From the NCBI RefSeq assembly GCF_039930565.1, contig NZ_JBDTTP010000015.1, positions 97 to 64,096 of the forward strand: 64,000 bases of DNA. The letters are read 5' to 3'. A program made the translations under genes and the position numbers. The notes beneath the pieces are model-generated. The model was not told the DNA's origin. It searched no databases and was given only the letters and a program-made list of their open reading frames with translations. This document shows positions 39,089-49,902 of the stretch, in pieces. This DNA comes from Flavobacterium sp. Lineage in GTDB: Bacteria; Bacteroidota; Bacteroidia; Flavobacteriales; Flavobacteriaceae. The stretch's first letter is position 1; each line of letters begins with the position of its first letter.

Positions 39089-39123
39089 TAACCGACAAAG
39101 TTAAATCTTGTCGGTTTTTTTTT
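39089..39123. terminator. Terminator of suf operon
   Basis: AACCGACAA/TTGTCGGTT stem plus poly-T. Confidence 0.75.
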
Positions 39124-39155
39124 ATTTAATTTTTAATTTGAATAAATTTACTGAA

Positions 39156-40115
39156 TTACAATTCAAAACGTTTTCCCTGTTCCGGAAAAATCAGTTTCAA
39201 TCCCAAATCATTTTGATTTTTTAATTGCTCTTTAATTATTTTAATGCTTTTAACCGGAGGTTTTAAATGGGTAATAATTATTTTAAAATTATCCAAGGAA
39301 CCTTTACCCGATAATTCTTCTAAAACATGAAGTTCTTTCATCAAATAATTTGGAGTCAGGTGTCCAAATAAAAACTGATCTGGCTGCTCATTCGGAAAAG
39401 AAACTTCTATAAAAATTCCTTTTAATTGTTTACTCTGAATTAAAGGTGCAATTGCTGTCCACAAGTCTTTTAAATTACTGCTTTTTTCTACCGTGTCAGG
39501 GCCTGTATCACCAAGATACAAAGCATAATCATTTCCGTTTTTTATCAAAAAAGCAGTGCTTTCATATGGATTGACATGACTTAAAGAAAAAGATTTTACC
39601 GTCATTGCAGTATTGGTAATTGGAGTTTCTTCACCAATATTCAAAGTCTGGAAATGATAACGTTTAATGTGAAAACCAGGCCCTTCATCTCCAAAATTAG
39701 CCCAGGTCTGATCATTAAAATAATGATTTTCCATCATTTCCATACATCTTTTTGTTGCGTAAATCGTTTTTGAAGAATCTGCCGGCGAGTTAATTATCAA
39801 ACCCGAAACATGGTCTAAATGTGCATGCGAAATTAAATAGCCCTTAATATATTTTCGCAACACTTCACTTGCTGAAACTTTAAAAACTTTATTTTCAATG
39901 GCTTTTTCGATTCCAGAATTGATTGTACCGGCATCCAGACAAACAAAATCTTTTGTGTTGACAGGACCCAATAAATAAGCCGAAAGATTTTTTTCGTCAA
40001 TACCTCCTTTTACTCCTAAAGGAACAACCTGAAAAGTTGAGTTTTGTTTTTTTTGCGCAAATGTATGGATCGAAATTAAAAAGAAACAAACTAAAAAGCT
40101 CTTTACAATTGACAT
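39156..40115 (-). CDS. Secreted class II 3',5'-cyclic nucleotide phosphodiesterase (CpdP-like)
   Basis: Signal peptide; LDAGT, YLISHAHLDH, FNDQTWANF, GDTGPD, IEVSFPN, LFGHLTP, ITHLKP. Confidence 0.88.
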   Translation of the reverse strand: MSIVKSFLVCFFLISIHTFAQKKQNSTFQVVPLGVKGGIDEKNLSAYLLGPVNTKDFVCLDAGTINSGIEKAIENKVFKVSASEVLRKYIKGYLISHAHLDHVSGLIINSPADSSKTIYATKRCMEMMENHYFNDQTWANFGDEGPGFHIKRYHFQTLNIGEETPITNTAMTVKSFSLSHVNPYESTAFLIKNGNDYALYLGDTGPDTVEKSSNLKDLWTAIAPLIQSKQLKGIFIEVSFPNEQPDQFLFGHLTPNYLMKELHVLEELSGKGSLDNFKIIITHLKPPVKSIKIIKEQLKNQNDLGLKLIFPEQGKRFEL

Positions 40116-40288
40116 ATTTAAAAATTTATATTGGTACAAATTTCATCAATTAAGATGGATAAATTGATGACATACAATTAAAATCCTATTAAATAATAGT
40201 AAATTTACTTTGGATTACTTTAATGAAATTCATTTCGAAATAATATCTTTACGTAAAAAATATCACAATTTCAACTAAAAAAGTTAAA

Positions 40289-41842
40289 ATGACAACAATA
40301 GCATCGCAATTTGGAATAAATGAAGCTCTGGAAAAATTGGGCATCAAATTTATAAATGAAGGAACCTCAACAGGAATGGAAAACTTTTCGTCCGGAGAAA
40401 TTTTAGACAGCTATTCCCCCGTTGATGGTAAACTTATTGCTTCTGTAAAAACATCAACGTTTGAAGACTATGAAAAAGTGATGCAGTCAGCAACAGCAGC
40501 TTTTAAAATTTTTCGATTAACACCTGCACCACAACGTGGAGAAATTGTACGCCAATTTGGAGAAAAATTACGCCAGAATAAAGAAGCTCTTGGGAAACTG
40601 GTTTCCTATGAAATGGGAAAATCATTACAGGAAGGATATGGTGAAGTACAGGAAATGATTGACATTTGTGATTTTGCTGTTGGTTTATCCAGACAATTAC
40701 ACGGGTTAACGATGCATTCTGAAAGACCCGGACACCGCATGTACGAACAATATCATTCATTAGGAGTAGTCGGAATCATTTCTGCATTCAATTTTCCGGT
40801 TGCTGTCTGGGCGTGGAATACAGCGTTAGCCTGGATTTCCGGAGATGTTTGTGTATGGAAACCTTCTGAAAAAACACCACTTTGTGGAATCGCCTGCCAA
40901 AATATTATTGCTCAGGTAATCAAAGAAAATAATTTGCCGGAAGGAATTTCATGCTTAATCAATGGAGATTATACTGTTGGTGAGTTAATGACAGCAGACA
41001 ATAGAATTCCTTTAATTTCAGCCACCGGTTCAACCCGAATGGGAAAAATAGTAGCTCAGGCTGTTGCAGGTCGTTTAGGAAAATCATTATTAGAATTAGG
41101 TGGAAACAACGCTATTATTGTTACACCTGATGCCGATATAAAAATGACAGTAATTGGAGCTGTTTTTGGAGCTGTTGGTACTGCCGGACAACGCTGTACT
41201 TCTACCCGAAGATTAATCATCCATGAAAGCATTTATGATAAAGTAAAAGAGGCATTGATTGCCGCCTACAAACAATTACGAATTGGAAATCCGCTTGACG
41301 AAAACAATCATGTTGGGCCGCTAATTGATATTCATGCAGTCGAAATGTATGCAAAAGCCCTAAACAGAGTGGTTGCAGAAGGCGGAACAATTTTAGTTGA
41401 AGGAGGCGTCCTTTCCGGTGAGGGTTATGAAAGTGGCTGTTACGTAAAACCAGCAATTGCCGAAGCCCAAAATTCATTCGAAATAGTACAGCATGAAACT
41501 TTTGCCCCGGTTTTATATCTGATGAAATATTCCGGAGAAGTAGAAAATGCCATTGAACAGCAAAATGGTGTGGCTCAAGGATTATCATCAGCCATTATGA
41601 CCAATAACTTACGTGAAGCAGAAAGATTTTTATCTGTTACAGGTTCTGATTGTGGTATTGCAAATGTCAACATTGGAACTTCCGGTGCCGAAATTGGGGG
41701 AGCCTTTGGAGGAGAAAAAGAAACTGGAGGAGGAAGAGAATCAGGTTCTGATGCCTGGAAAATATATATGAGACGCCAGACCAATACTATCAATTATACA
41801 ACTAGCCTACCATTGGCTCAAGGGATTAAATTTGATTTGTAA
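40289..41842 (+). CDS. Aldehyde dehydrogenase family 7 (piperideine-6-carboxylate/aminoadipate-semialdehyde dehydrogenase-like)
   Basis: PAPQRGEIVRQ, SAFNFPVAV, LELGGNNA, GTAGQRCT, GAEIGGAFGGEK.TGGGRESGSD.W. Confidence 0.93.
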   Translation: MTTIASQFGINEALEKLGIKFINEGTSTGMENFSSGEILDSYSPVDGKLIASVKTSTFEDYEKVMQSATAAFKIFRLTPAPQRGEIVRQFGEKLRQNKEALGKLVSYEMGKSLQEGYGEVQEMIDICDFAVGLSRQLHGLTMHSERPGHRMYEQYHSLGVVGIISAFNFPVAVWAWNTALAWISGDVCVWKPSEKTPLCGIACQNIIAQVIKENNLPEGISCLINGDYTVGELMTADNRIPLISATGSTRMGKIVAQAVAGRLGKSLLELGGNNAIIVTPDADIKMTVIGAVFGAVGTAGQRCTSTRRLIIHESIYDKVKEALIAAYKQLRIGNPLDENNHVGPLIDIHAVEMYAKALNRVVAEGGTILVEGGVLSGEGYESGCYVKPAIAEAQNSFEIVQHETFAPVLYLMKYSGEVENAIEQQNGVAQGLSSAIMTNNLREAERFLSVTGSDCGIANVNIGTSGAEIGGAFGGEKETGGGRESGSDAWKIYMRRQTNTINYTTSLPLAQGIKFDL

Positions 41843-41853
41843 ATTAAATACAC

Positions 41854-41881
41854 AAAAGGCTTCCAAAATTGGAAGCCTTTT
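41854..41881. terminator. Bidirectional terminator
   Basis: AAAAGGCTTCCAA/TTGGAAGCCTTTT perfect stem. Confidence 0.85.
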
Positions 41882-41914
41882 GCTTTTAATAAATAGTTGG
41901 TTAGTTAGTAGGCA

Positions 41915-44677
41915 TTATTTTTTAATGATGATTTTAGCTGTAACGCTGCTTTCGGTATGAACTTTTACCAAATAACTGCCATTAGCAAGATTGCTCATAT
42001 CAACAATGTTATTATTTCCTTGTTGTGTATTTACCAATCCACCTGATAAATTATACACTTCCACTTTTTGAATCGCCTTATCTGAATCAATATTCAACTC
42101 ACTTAAAACCGGATTTGGATATAGTGTCAGTTTAGACCGTTTTAAAGTTTCTTCCACAGAATTGTTTGATGCCATACGGGCTGTCGTATTATACGCGGTA
42201 CTCATGTAAAACAAATTTGCAACAGAACCTTTTGTTATTGTATTTGCTCCCGCAGGAAGTGATACCGTAACGATTCCTGCAGTTGCAGTATAAGAGATAT
42301 TATTGACTTTTACAGTTCCGGTAAAATTAGAATCAAATACCAGCGTTAAAGTCGAAGCAACAGTTGTCGTATAAGTTATAGAGGTACTGGATTCTATTTT
42401 TAAACGAGCAGTTAATGTTAATCCTGCATAAGTTACTGAACCCGCAGAAGAATTCATATTTCCTGTAATAGTATAAAATGAACTTGTTTTTCCGGATACG
42501 GTAAAATTATGTATTTGATTTCCTGAAGCAGTTCCTGTAACAGTAATAGTTCCTGATCCTGTCGTTGCAGTTCCTGTTCCAGTGGTAGCAATAGAATAAG
42601 ACAAAGTTGCTGTTGGTGTTCCTGTGATAGTAATTGTTTTAGCTGTTGTATTTTTTACAAAGGTAATTCCTGATGCAGGTAACCCCGTTACCGTAGCATC
42701 TGTTGCACTTCCACCCCAAGTGAAAACAATGGAACTAATTGCTGTACCACTTGTCACAGTTTGACTTTTATTACTTGTTGAAGTAAGGGTTTGAGCACTT
42801 ACAGGAGTAACTGTAATTGTTCCTGATCCTGTCACTGCAGTTCCCGTTCCTACAGTACTGATTGAGTAAGAAAGAGTAGCGGTTGGGGTTCCTGTGATAG
42901 TAATGGTTTTAGCTGTAGTATTTTTTACAAAAGTAATTCCTGATGCAGGTAACCCAGTTACCGTAGCATCTGTTGCTGTTCCACCCCAAGTAAAAACAAT
43001 TGAACTAATTGCAGTACCACTTGTCACAGTTTGGTTATTATTAGTGGTTGAAGAAAGTGTCTGATTACTTACTACGCTTGTTTCTCCCTGTACTGAAACC
43101 AATGTTCCTGTATAGTTAGTAATAGCTGATTTTAATGCTGTAATTACGGTAGAAGATGCGTCGTCTAAAGCATTATTAAAAGTCCATTTTAAATCTCCTC
43201 CCGAAACTCGCCCAGAATATTGCATTACTTTAGTTTGTGCTACCGCTGGCTGATCGATAACCAGATTTTTAACATATAGCGCGGCATTAGTATCAAAATT
43301 GTTATAACTATTTGCTCCCAATTTTGATTTGATACTGCTGCTAATAATTTCACCTCGGGTTGACGTTTCAATAGCATCAAATTCAATTGGATTAGTAGAA
43401 GAATTATAAGGAACATAACGTGTCTGTCCACTCATTGTATTATTAAAAGCTTTAATCGTTCCTCCTGCTTCTCCGGAGAAAGTACCTTCAGAATCATAAA
43501 AAATATCTGTTCCCTGTTTAGAAGTAAGCATAGGATATTTGCAATTTCGGAAATAATTTCCTTCTATAAATAAAGAAGAACCTAATGTTGATCCTGCACC
43601 GTATTTTGAGTTTCCATCATAATAGTTGTTATAAATGTGTGCAGAATAATAACGAACCCTTGGATGACGAGAATCAGAATGATCAAACCAGTTATGATGG
43701 TATGTAATATATAAACCTGTCGTGGTGCCTTCGCTTAAGCCTAAAAGACTTGCTTTTCCACTATCCCAAAAGTGATTATATGAAAACGTTACATAGGTAG
43801 AACCTTTATTGTCCATGGCGCCATCTCCTTTTATCTGATCTGCATCGCTTCCGGCGTTTCCGTAAAATAAATCGCAATTATGGACCCAAACGTGATCATT
43901 TTTATCCTGAAGTCCCACGTTATCACCTGCTGTACTATTACAGTTCATAAAACCCAGATTATTAATTTCAATATTAGATGCCGATTTAAGACGAACACCC
44001 ATTCCGTTAACCACTGCATCATTACCAATACCTTCCAAAGTAAGATAACTGTTGGCATTATTGGAATTTTCGATCGTGATATCTCCGCCTTCCATTATGC
44101 TCATATCAGTTATGTTTCCGATAAGACGAATGATGAAGGGACGCGTGTCTTTTCCTTTTTTAATTCCATATAAAATATTTTGTAACCCTACACAAGGATT
44201 TGTGCTTGCACCTGTAATATCCATTGAAATAGTGTTTTTTGTATTTTTTGTAATGTAAAGAATTACCGCATTATCTTTTGGAGTTCCATCGGCTTTGTAT
44301 CCTCCGGGAACACGGCCGCCATCAAAAGCAAATCCGTTGCGATCCTGAGCCAAAACAGTTAAAGTACTCGTTGTCGTTCCCGTTCCTTCAACACCTGAAA
44401 TGACTGGTTTAACTTTTACGGTATAAGTCCCTGCTTTTAGTCCAGGAATATCTGCACGGTAATAAGAGCCATAACTTCGGATTAATTGATTATCAATTTT
44501 TTGATCCGTAAAACCGTTACCGGTATAGTAAACATTATAGGTTTGAACATTGCTAACTGGCTGCCATTTTACAAAAACTGATTCCAGCCAGCCCGATGCC
44601 TCGTTAATTTGAATTTGCTGTGACCATGTTTGTATTGAAACAAACAAAAAGGTCAGAAAAAATATTTTTTTTCTCAT
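41915..44677 (-). CDS. PL1 pectate lyase with T9SS sorting domain (paralog 1)
   Basis: vWvH.c[37 protein letters not shown]; two Thr-rich Ig-like repeats; YPNP...KIIIKK. Confidence 0.9.
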   Translation of the reverse strand: MRKKIFFLTFLFVSIQTWSQQIQINEASGWLESVFVKWQPVSNVQTYNVYYTGNGFTDQKIDNQLIRSYGSYYRADIPGLKAGTYTVKVKPVISGVEGTGTTTSTLTVLAQDRNGFAFDGGRVPGGYKADGTPKDNAVILYITKNTKNTISMDITGASTNPCVGLQNILYGIKKGKDTRPFIIRLIGNITDMSIMEGGDITIENSNNANSYLTLEGIGNDAVVNGMGVRLKSASNIEINNLGFMNCNSTAGDNVGLQDKNDHVWVHNCDLFYGNAGSDADQIKGDGAMDNKGSTYVTFSYNHFWDSGKASLLGLSEGTTTGLYITYHHNWFDHSDSRHPRVRYYSAHIYNNYYDGNSKYGAGSTLGSSLFIEGNYFRNCKYPMLTSKQGTDIFYDSEGTFSGEAGGTIKAFNNTMSGQTRYVPYNSSTNPIEFDAIETSTRGEIISSSIKSKLGANSYNNFDTNAALYVKNLVIDQPAVAQTKVMQYSGRVSGGDLKWTFNNALDDASSTVITALKSAITNYTGTLVSVQGETSVVSNQTLSSTTNNNQTVTSGTAISSIVFTWGGTATDATVTGLPASGITFVKNTTAKTITITGTPTATLSYSISTVGTGTAVTGSGTITVTPVSAQTLTSTSNKSQTVTSGTAISSIVFTWGGSATDATVTGLPASGITFVKNTTAKTITITGTPTATLSYSIATTGTGTATTGSGTITVTGTASGNQIHNFTVSGKTSSFYTITGNMNSSAGSVTYAGLTLTARLKIESSTSITYTTTVASTLTLVFDSNFTGTVKVNNISYTATAGIVTVSLPAGANTITKGSVANLFYMSTAYNTTARMASNNSVEETLKRSKLTLYPNPVLSELNIDSDKAIQKVEVYNLSGGLVNTQQGNNNIVDMSNLANGSYLVKVHTESSVTAKIIIKK
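42524..43063 (-). repeat. Tandem 270-bp intragenic duplication (90-aa Ig-like module x2)
   Basis: [63 protein letters not shown] occurs twice, 270 bp apart. Confidence 0.9.
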
Positions 44678-44745
44678 TTTGTGGTTTGGTTAATTGATAG
44701 TTATTTAAAAGTGGTTTTTATTTTTTATCGAATGCATCAATAAAA

Positions 44746-44767
44746 TGTAATCGATTACTCAAAAATA
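44746..44767 (-). promoter_or_regulatory. LacI-type operator abutting the -7 promoter element of pectate lyase 1
   Basis: TGTAATCGATTACT (44746-44759), 13/14 palindrome; minus-strand TATTTTTG at 44760-44767. Confidence 0.75.
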
Positions 44768-45096
44768 TAAAAATTTTTATTATTCATAATATTTTTATTA
44801 TAAAAAAACATATTAAATAAAATAAGACAGTTTAAATGATTAAAATGTAATTTGTTGCATTAAATGTAATAAATTACACACATTAAAAATTCCTTATTTT
44901 ACAAGCTTCCCAGCCATTTCACAAATTTGACTTAACAAATACTAACATTAATTACGTTTTTTGTTTTATAAATTTAAGTATGTTAAAGCTACAAAATAAT
45001 ATAAGAAAAAAATTACAATTTAAGATTAACAAACTGTAAATCAATTCCAAAAAATCACTCTGGCCTCGTTAGAACAACTTAAACAACAACACAATA

Positions 45097-45132
45097 AAAA
45101 AAGGCTCCCAAAAAATTTGGGAGCCTTTTTTT
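45097..45132 (-). terminator. Terminator of pectate lyase 2
   Basis: AAAAAAGGCTCCCAAA/TTTGGGAGCCTTTTTT perfect stem. Confidence 0.85.
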
Positions 45133-45147
45133 AAATTTAATTTTTAA

Positions 45148-47997
45148 TTATTTTTTGATAATTTTCTTGGTAATAATACCCTCGCCTGTAGTTACTCGTA
45201 CTAAATAATTTCCTGTAGCCAGATTGCTCATATCAATAGATTCAACCACCCTTGAAACGTTTTTGACTATTGTTCCAGATAGGCTATAAATCATAACGTT
45301 TTCTATTTTTTGACTCTCAGAAGAAATATACAATTGATCTGAAACAGGATTTGGATATAACGATAATTTTGAAGCCTCAATATTATCTCCCAAGCCTAAT
45401 GTCGCATAAGCTGTTTTTATATAAAACAGATTCGCTGTGTCTCCTTTAGAAATTACATTATTACCAGCAGGAACTGACGATATAGTAATTATTCCTCCTA
45501 CTGCAGCAACGCTATTTACACCATTAAGCTTGACTTTACCAACAAATGTTGGATCAAATACTAAAGTTAAGGATGAAACAGCTGCTGTTGTATAAGTAAT
45601 TGTTGTAGCTGTTTCTATTTTTAAACGTGCAGTTAAATTCAAACCATCATAAGATGCAGATCCAGCAGTTGAATTCATGTTAGCTGTTGCACCAAAAGTG
45701 TAAAATGAACTAGTTTTTCCAGATGTCGTGAAATTATGTATTTGACTACCTGAAACTACAGCATTAACCGTAATTGTTCCTGATACAGCAACAGGAGTTC
45801 CTGAAGTGCCTGAAGTAATTAAAGTAAAAGTAGCAGAACCCGTAGCAGTTGGCGTACCAGATATTGTAATGGTTTTTGCTACTGCATCTTTTACAGACAC
45901 AAGTCCTGCTGCTAATCCAGAAACATCAGCATCTGTTGCATCACCACTCCAGGTTAACATTATAGGAGTTATTGAAGCACCAATTGTTATTGTTTGATTG
46001 TTATTATTGCTTGTAGAAGTAAGAATCTGACTGCTCGGAGGCAATACAGTAATCGTTCCGGAATCAGAAGCTGCACTACCAGCCGTACCAGTAGTAGTAA
46101 CTGTGTAATCTAAAGTTTCGGTTGGTATTCCTGAAAGAGTCAACGTTTTATTAGTAGTATTTTTAATCGTTGTAATTCCATTTGGTAAACCAGTAGCAGT
46201 TGCATCAGTTGCATCTCCTCCCCAGGTAAATACAATATTACTAATTGCAGCTCCAGTAGATACTGTTTGGTTATTATTATTGGTTGTTGCAACTAAAGTT
46301 TGATTTCCAGGAGCTGCTATTTCACCTTGTACAGCAACCATTGTCGATGTATAGTTAGTTAATGCTGTTTTTAATGCCGCAATTACAAGATAAGATTTAT
46401 CATCTGTAGCATTATTAAATGTCCATTTTAAATCACCTCCGGAAACACGTCCTGCATATTGTGTTACCTTAGATTTAGCATCTAAAGGTGTGTCTATTAC
46501 CAAATTTTTAACATATAAGGCTGCATTAGTATCAAAATTATTATAGGTATTAGCTCCTGATTTGGAGATCACAGTAGCCGGAACAATTTCATCTCTTGAT
46601 AAAGCTAAATAAGCATCAAAATCTGTAGTCGAATTGATTTTACCTGCAATATTATACGAAGGATTTGTATCTCCATAGGCTACAAAACGCATACTATTAG
46701 TGGCAATATCTGTATCAAATGTATTATTGAAAGCTTTAATACTACCACCGGCTTCACCAGAGAATGTTCCCATAGTGCCTGCATTATTTATCTGATTAGT
46801 CGAATCCCATATATCAGTACCCTGCAATGATGTCATTATAGGGTTTTTAGTATTGCGGTAATAATTTCCCTCAATAAATAAAGAGGAACCTAATGTTGAT
46901 CCGGAACCATATTTAGAATTTCCATCAAAATAATTATTATAGATATGAGCAGAATAAAAACGCACCCTAGGATGACGGGAATCAGAGTGGTCAAACCAGT
47001 TATGGTGATAGGTAATATACAAATCTGTTGTTTTATTTTCACTTAAGCCCAGAAGACTTGCTTTTCCACTATCCCAAAAGTGATTATATGATAATGTAAC
47101 ATAGGTGGATGTTTTATTATCCAATGCACCATCTCCTTTTATCTGGTCAGCATCAGAACCTGCATTTCCGTAAAACAAATCATTATTATGAACCCAAATA
47201 TGATCATTATCCTGCTGCATGCCAATATTATCCCCAGCAGTACTGTTACAGTTCATAAAACCAAGATTACTAACCTCAATATTCGAAGCAGATTTAAGAC
47301 GAACTCCCATTCCATTTACGACGGCATCATTTCCTACTCCTTCCAAAGTAAGGTAGCTATTTGCATTGTTGGCGTTTTCAATAGTAATATCACCACCTTC
47401 CATTACAGCCATATCAGTGATATTTCCAATCAGACGAATAATATAAGGGCGTGTATCTTTTCCTTTTTTTATACCATATAAAATATTTTGCAAACCAATA
47501 CAATTTGTTTTTGTTATACCATTTGAACCAGTAACAACATCAAATGAAATTGTATTCTTTGTGTTTTTAGTAATATAAAGAATCTCAGCTCCTGTTTTGG
47601 GAGTACCATCAGCATTATATCCTCCGGGAATACGTCCTCCCTCAAATGCAAAACCGTTACGATCATGAGCTACAACTGTTAAAGCTGAAGTGGTAGTCCC
47701 AATTCCTTCAACAGTCGCTGTTACTGGTTTTATTGTTAAAGTATAAGATCCAGCCACAAGTCCTGGTACATCTGCACGAAAATAGGTGCCATAACTGCGA
47801 ATAAGCGGTTCGTCAATTTTTTTATCTGTTTCGCCTCCTCCAGTGTAATAAACATTATAGCTATCGGCTCCTGAAACAGGAGACCATTCTACAAAAGCAG
47901 ATTCTAACCAGCCGGCCGATTTAGTTATAGTAACGGATTGTGCCCACACTTGCGCAGACATAAAAATTAAAATCAGATAAAATAATTTTTTTTTCAT
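45148..47997 (-). CDS. PL1 pectate lyase with T9SS sorting domain (paralog 2)
   Basis: Same catalytic motifs and architecture as paralog 1 ([20 protein letters not shown]); YPNP...KKIIKK. Confidence 0.9.
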   Translation of the reverse strand: MKKKLFYLILIFMSAQVWAQSVTITKSAGWLESAFVEWSPVSGADSYNVYYTGGGETDKKIDEPLIRSYGTYFRADVPGLVAGSYTLTIKPVTATVEGIGTTTSALTVVAHDRNGFAFEGGRIPGGYNADGTPKTGAEILYITKNTKNTISFDVVTGSNGITKTNCIGLQNILYGIKKGKDTRPYIIRLIGNITDMAVMEGGDITIENANNANSYLTLEGVGNDAVVNGMGVRLKSASNIEVSNLGFMNCNSTAGDNIGMQQDNDHIWVHNNDLFYGNAGSDADQIKGDGALDNKTSTYVTLSYNHFWDSGKASLLGLSENKTTDLYITYHHNWFDHSDSRHPRVRFYSAHIYNNYFDGNSKYGSGSTLGSSLFIEGNYYRNTKNPIMTSLQGTDIWDSTNQINNAGTMGTFSGEAGGSIKAFNNTFDTDIATNSMRFVAYGDTNPSYNIAGKINSTTDFDAYLALSRDEIVPATVISKSGANTYNNFDTNAALYVKNLVIDTPLDAKSKVTQYAGRVSGGDLKWTFNNATDDKSYLVIAALKTALTNYTSTMVAVQGEIAAPGNQTLVATTNNNNQTVSTGAAISNIVFTWGGDATDATATGLPNGITTIKNTTNKTLTLSGIPTETLDYTVTTTGTAGSAASDSGTITVLPPSSQILTSTSNNNNQTITIGASITPIMLTWSGDATDADVSGLAAGLVSVKDAVAKTITISGTPTATGSATFTLITSGTSGTPVAVSGTITVNAVVSGSQIHNFTTSGKTSSFYTFGATANMNSTAGSASYDGLNLTARLKIETATTITYTTAAVSSLTLVFDPTFVGKVKLNGVNSVAAVGGIITISSVPAGNNVISKGDTANLFYIKTAYATLGLGDNIEASKLSLYPNPVSDQLYISSESQKIENVMIYSLSGTIVKNVSRVVESIDMSNLATGNYLVRVTTGEGIITKKIIKK

Positions 47998-48049
47998 AAT
48001 TGTGGTTTAAGTAAATAGTGTAAAGTTTATAATTTCAAGCAATATGAAA

Positions 48050-48071
48050 TGTAATCGATTACACAAAAGTA
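48050..48071 (-). promoter_or_regulatory. LacI-type operator abutting the -7 promoter element of pectate lyase 2
   Basis: Perfect palindrome TGTAATCGATTACA (48050-48063); minus-strand TACTTTTG at 48064-48071. Confidence 0.8.
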
Positions 48072-48339
48072 AATAAATTTTATTAATCACAAAAAAAAAC
48101 ATAAAAAAAACACATAATAAAAAAAAACCCTTAATTTTTTTTTAATTTAATAGTTATAACGTTATAGTGTTAGAATTATCTTAGTACTGTAAATACTAAC
48201 TTACCGCGTAAAATATCATTAAAAACTTCAATTTTAAACCTAATAATTAAATAACAGAATATTCTTATTTTTTAAATTGAATAAGTTTATACTACAGGGA
48301 GTTTGTCTTTATGATTTAGATCTAACTTCGAAATGTTAT

Positions 48340-48379
48340 AAAAAAAGCGGTAGTTTGAATATTTCAAACTACCGCTTTT
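48340..48379 (-). terminator. Terminator
   Basis: AAAAGCGGTAGTTTGAA/TTCAAACTACCGCTTTT stem with A tract on the plus strand. Confidence 0.8.
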
Positions 48380-48400
48380 ATGCTGCTATTATTAAGAATG

Positions 48401-48931
48401 TTACAAGTTAAAAGAAGCTCCTAAACTAAAAGTTACCTGATTATTCAAATGGTCAAAAATATCATTATCACTACTATACTTTGCAATTGGAAATCCTAGT
48501 TCCGTAAAAACACCAAATCCTTCAGTAAAGAAATAACGTCCTCCAACATGACCGCCAAAATTTTTCAATCCTAAACTTAAGCCAGGATAAATATCTAATT
48601 TTTCATCAATATTAAATACCGTTCCTAAATTGGCATTAATTCTGAATTTTGCATCAAAACGATCTTTAAATTCTGGTTTCTCATTTGTATATGGATCCGG
48701 ATTGTCGTTATAAAATCCTGAAAATTCATTTACTCCCAACAAATAAGTAGTAACAAATCCGTAAGAAAAATTTTCTGCCAGACCAAAATCAATTGAACCC
48801 TGAATTCCTGAACCACCATCTTGTAAATTGGCGCCAATATTAATTTTTGTATCTCCTTTTCCTTTAAAAGCTTCTTGCGATTGTGAAATTCCAAATACTG
48901 TTAAAAGCAATAATGTAAAAACTATTTTCAT
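48401..48931 (-). CDS. Small outer-membrane beta-barrel protein (DUF6646-like)
   Basis: MKIVF signal peptide; amphipathic strands, GGRYFFTEGFG, C-terminal SLGASFNL beta-signal. Confidence 0.75.
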   Translation of the reverse strand: MKIVFTLLLLTVFGISQSQEAFKGKGDTKINIGANLQDGGSGIQGSIDFGLAENFSYGFVTTYLLGVNEFSGFYNDNPDPYTNEKPEFKDRFDAKFRINANLGTVFNIDEKLDIYPGLSLGLKNFGGHVGGRYFFTEGFGVFTELGFPIAKYSSDNDIFDHLNNQVTFSLGASFNL

Positions 48932-48974
48932 AAATCTAATATTTAATTTAATTGCAAAAATAGAATTTTTAGAC

Positions 48975-49700
48975 TTAATTTCTGCCTCTTTCATCAAAAT
49001 ACAATTCGTTTAACGGGTCACTTTGCCAAAATTCTTTGGTTTCAACATTCATAATGGTCAAAGGCCCTTTAAAAGCAGCACCAGTATCAACATTCCATAC
49101 ACAAGCTTTTTTTATCGGAACTGTTTTTCCAATCCTTGTTACAGGAGTATGGCCAATAAAAATTTCTTTATATAAGGTAAATCTTTTTGGATAATACAAA
49201 TCATCCTCTTTCATATTTGGATCCAATGAAAGTGCTGTCTCCCACAAAGTCCTATCCCAATAAAATGTTTTTGAAAAATATTCATAACTAACTCCATTCA
49301 GATTGGAAAATCCTGCATGCACAAACAAACGATTCTCTGCATCAATATAATAGTCCTTAAGATTCTCCAAAAATTTTATATGAATTTGTTTTTGTTCGTC
49401 ATTAAGTTTTTCATAAGCCAAAACTGTGGCCTCGCCTCCATGCTGATACCAAAGTTCATTGTTTTTCGCGTTTTTAAGCCATTCAACTAATAAATCATCA
49501 TGATTACCTCTGATACAAATACAATTTTGTCTGCTCTGAAGATCAATCAAATAATCAATTACTTGGGGTGACTGGCTCCACCCATCGACGTAATCGCCCA
49601 GAAATATTAGAGTATCTTTTTCAGTAACCTGGGCTTTTTTCATTACTTGTTTCAGTGCGAGTAAACCACCATGAATATCGCCTATAACAAATTTTCTCAT
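48975..49700 (-). CDS. Metallophosphoesterase (PPP/PrpA-like Ser/Thr phosphatase)
   Basis: GDIHG, GDYVD, RGNHD, VHAG, GHTP, DTGA. Confidence 0.92.
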   Translation of the reverse strand: MRKFVIGDIHGGLLALKQVMKKAQVTEKDTLIFLGDYVDGWSQSPQVIDYLIDLQSRQNCICIRGNHDDLLVEWLKNAKNNELWYQHGGEATVLAYEKLNDEQKQIHIKFLENLKDYYIDAENRLFVHAGFSNLNGVSYEYFSKTFYWDRTLWETALSLDPNMKEDDLYYPKRFTLYKEIFIGHTPVTRIGKTVPIKKACVWNVDTGAAFKGPLTIMNVETKEFWQSDPLNELYFDERGRN

Positions 49701-49902
49701 TTTAAATTGTTTGATCTGAAGTTGTAAAAATATAAAATGATTTCGTGTTAGGAATTACAAATCTTAAACTAAATATATGTCTAACATTTGGTAAACTAAT
49801 TCTTTTATCAAAACAGAAATCAGATTTTAAATTTAATAAAAAATCCCAAGGCATTTAAAAAATATTTTCTGCTCTTGGGGGTTTTATTTTAAAATCTATA
49901 AA

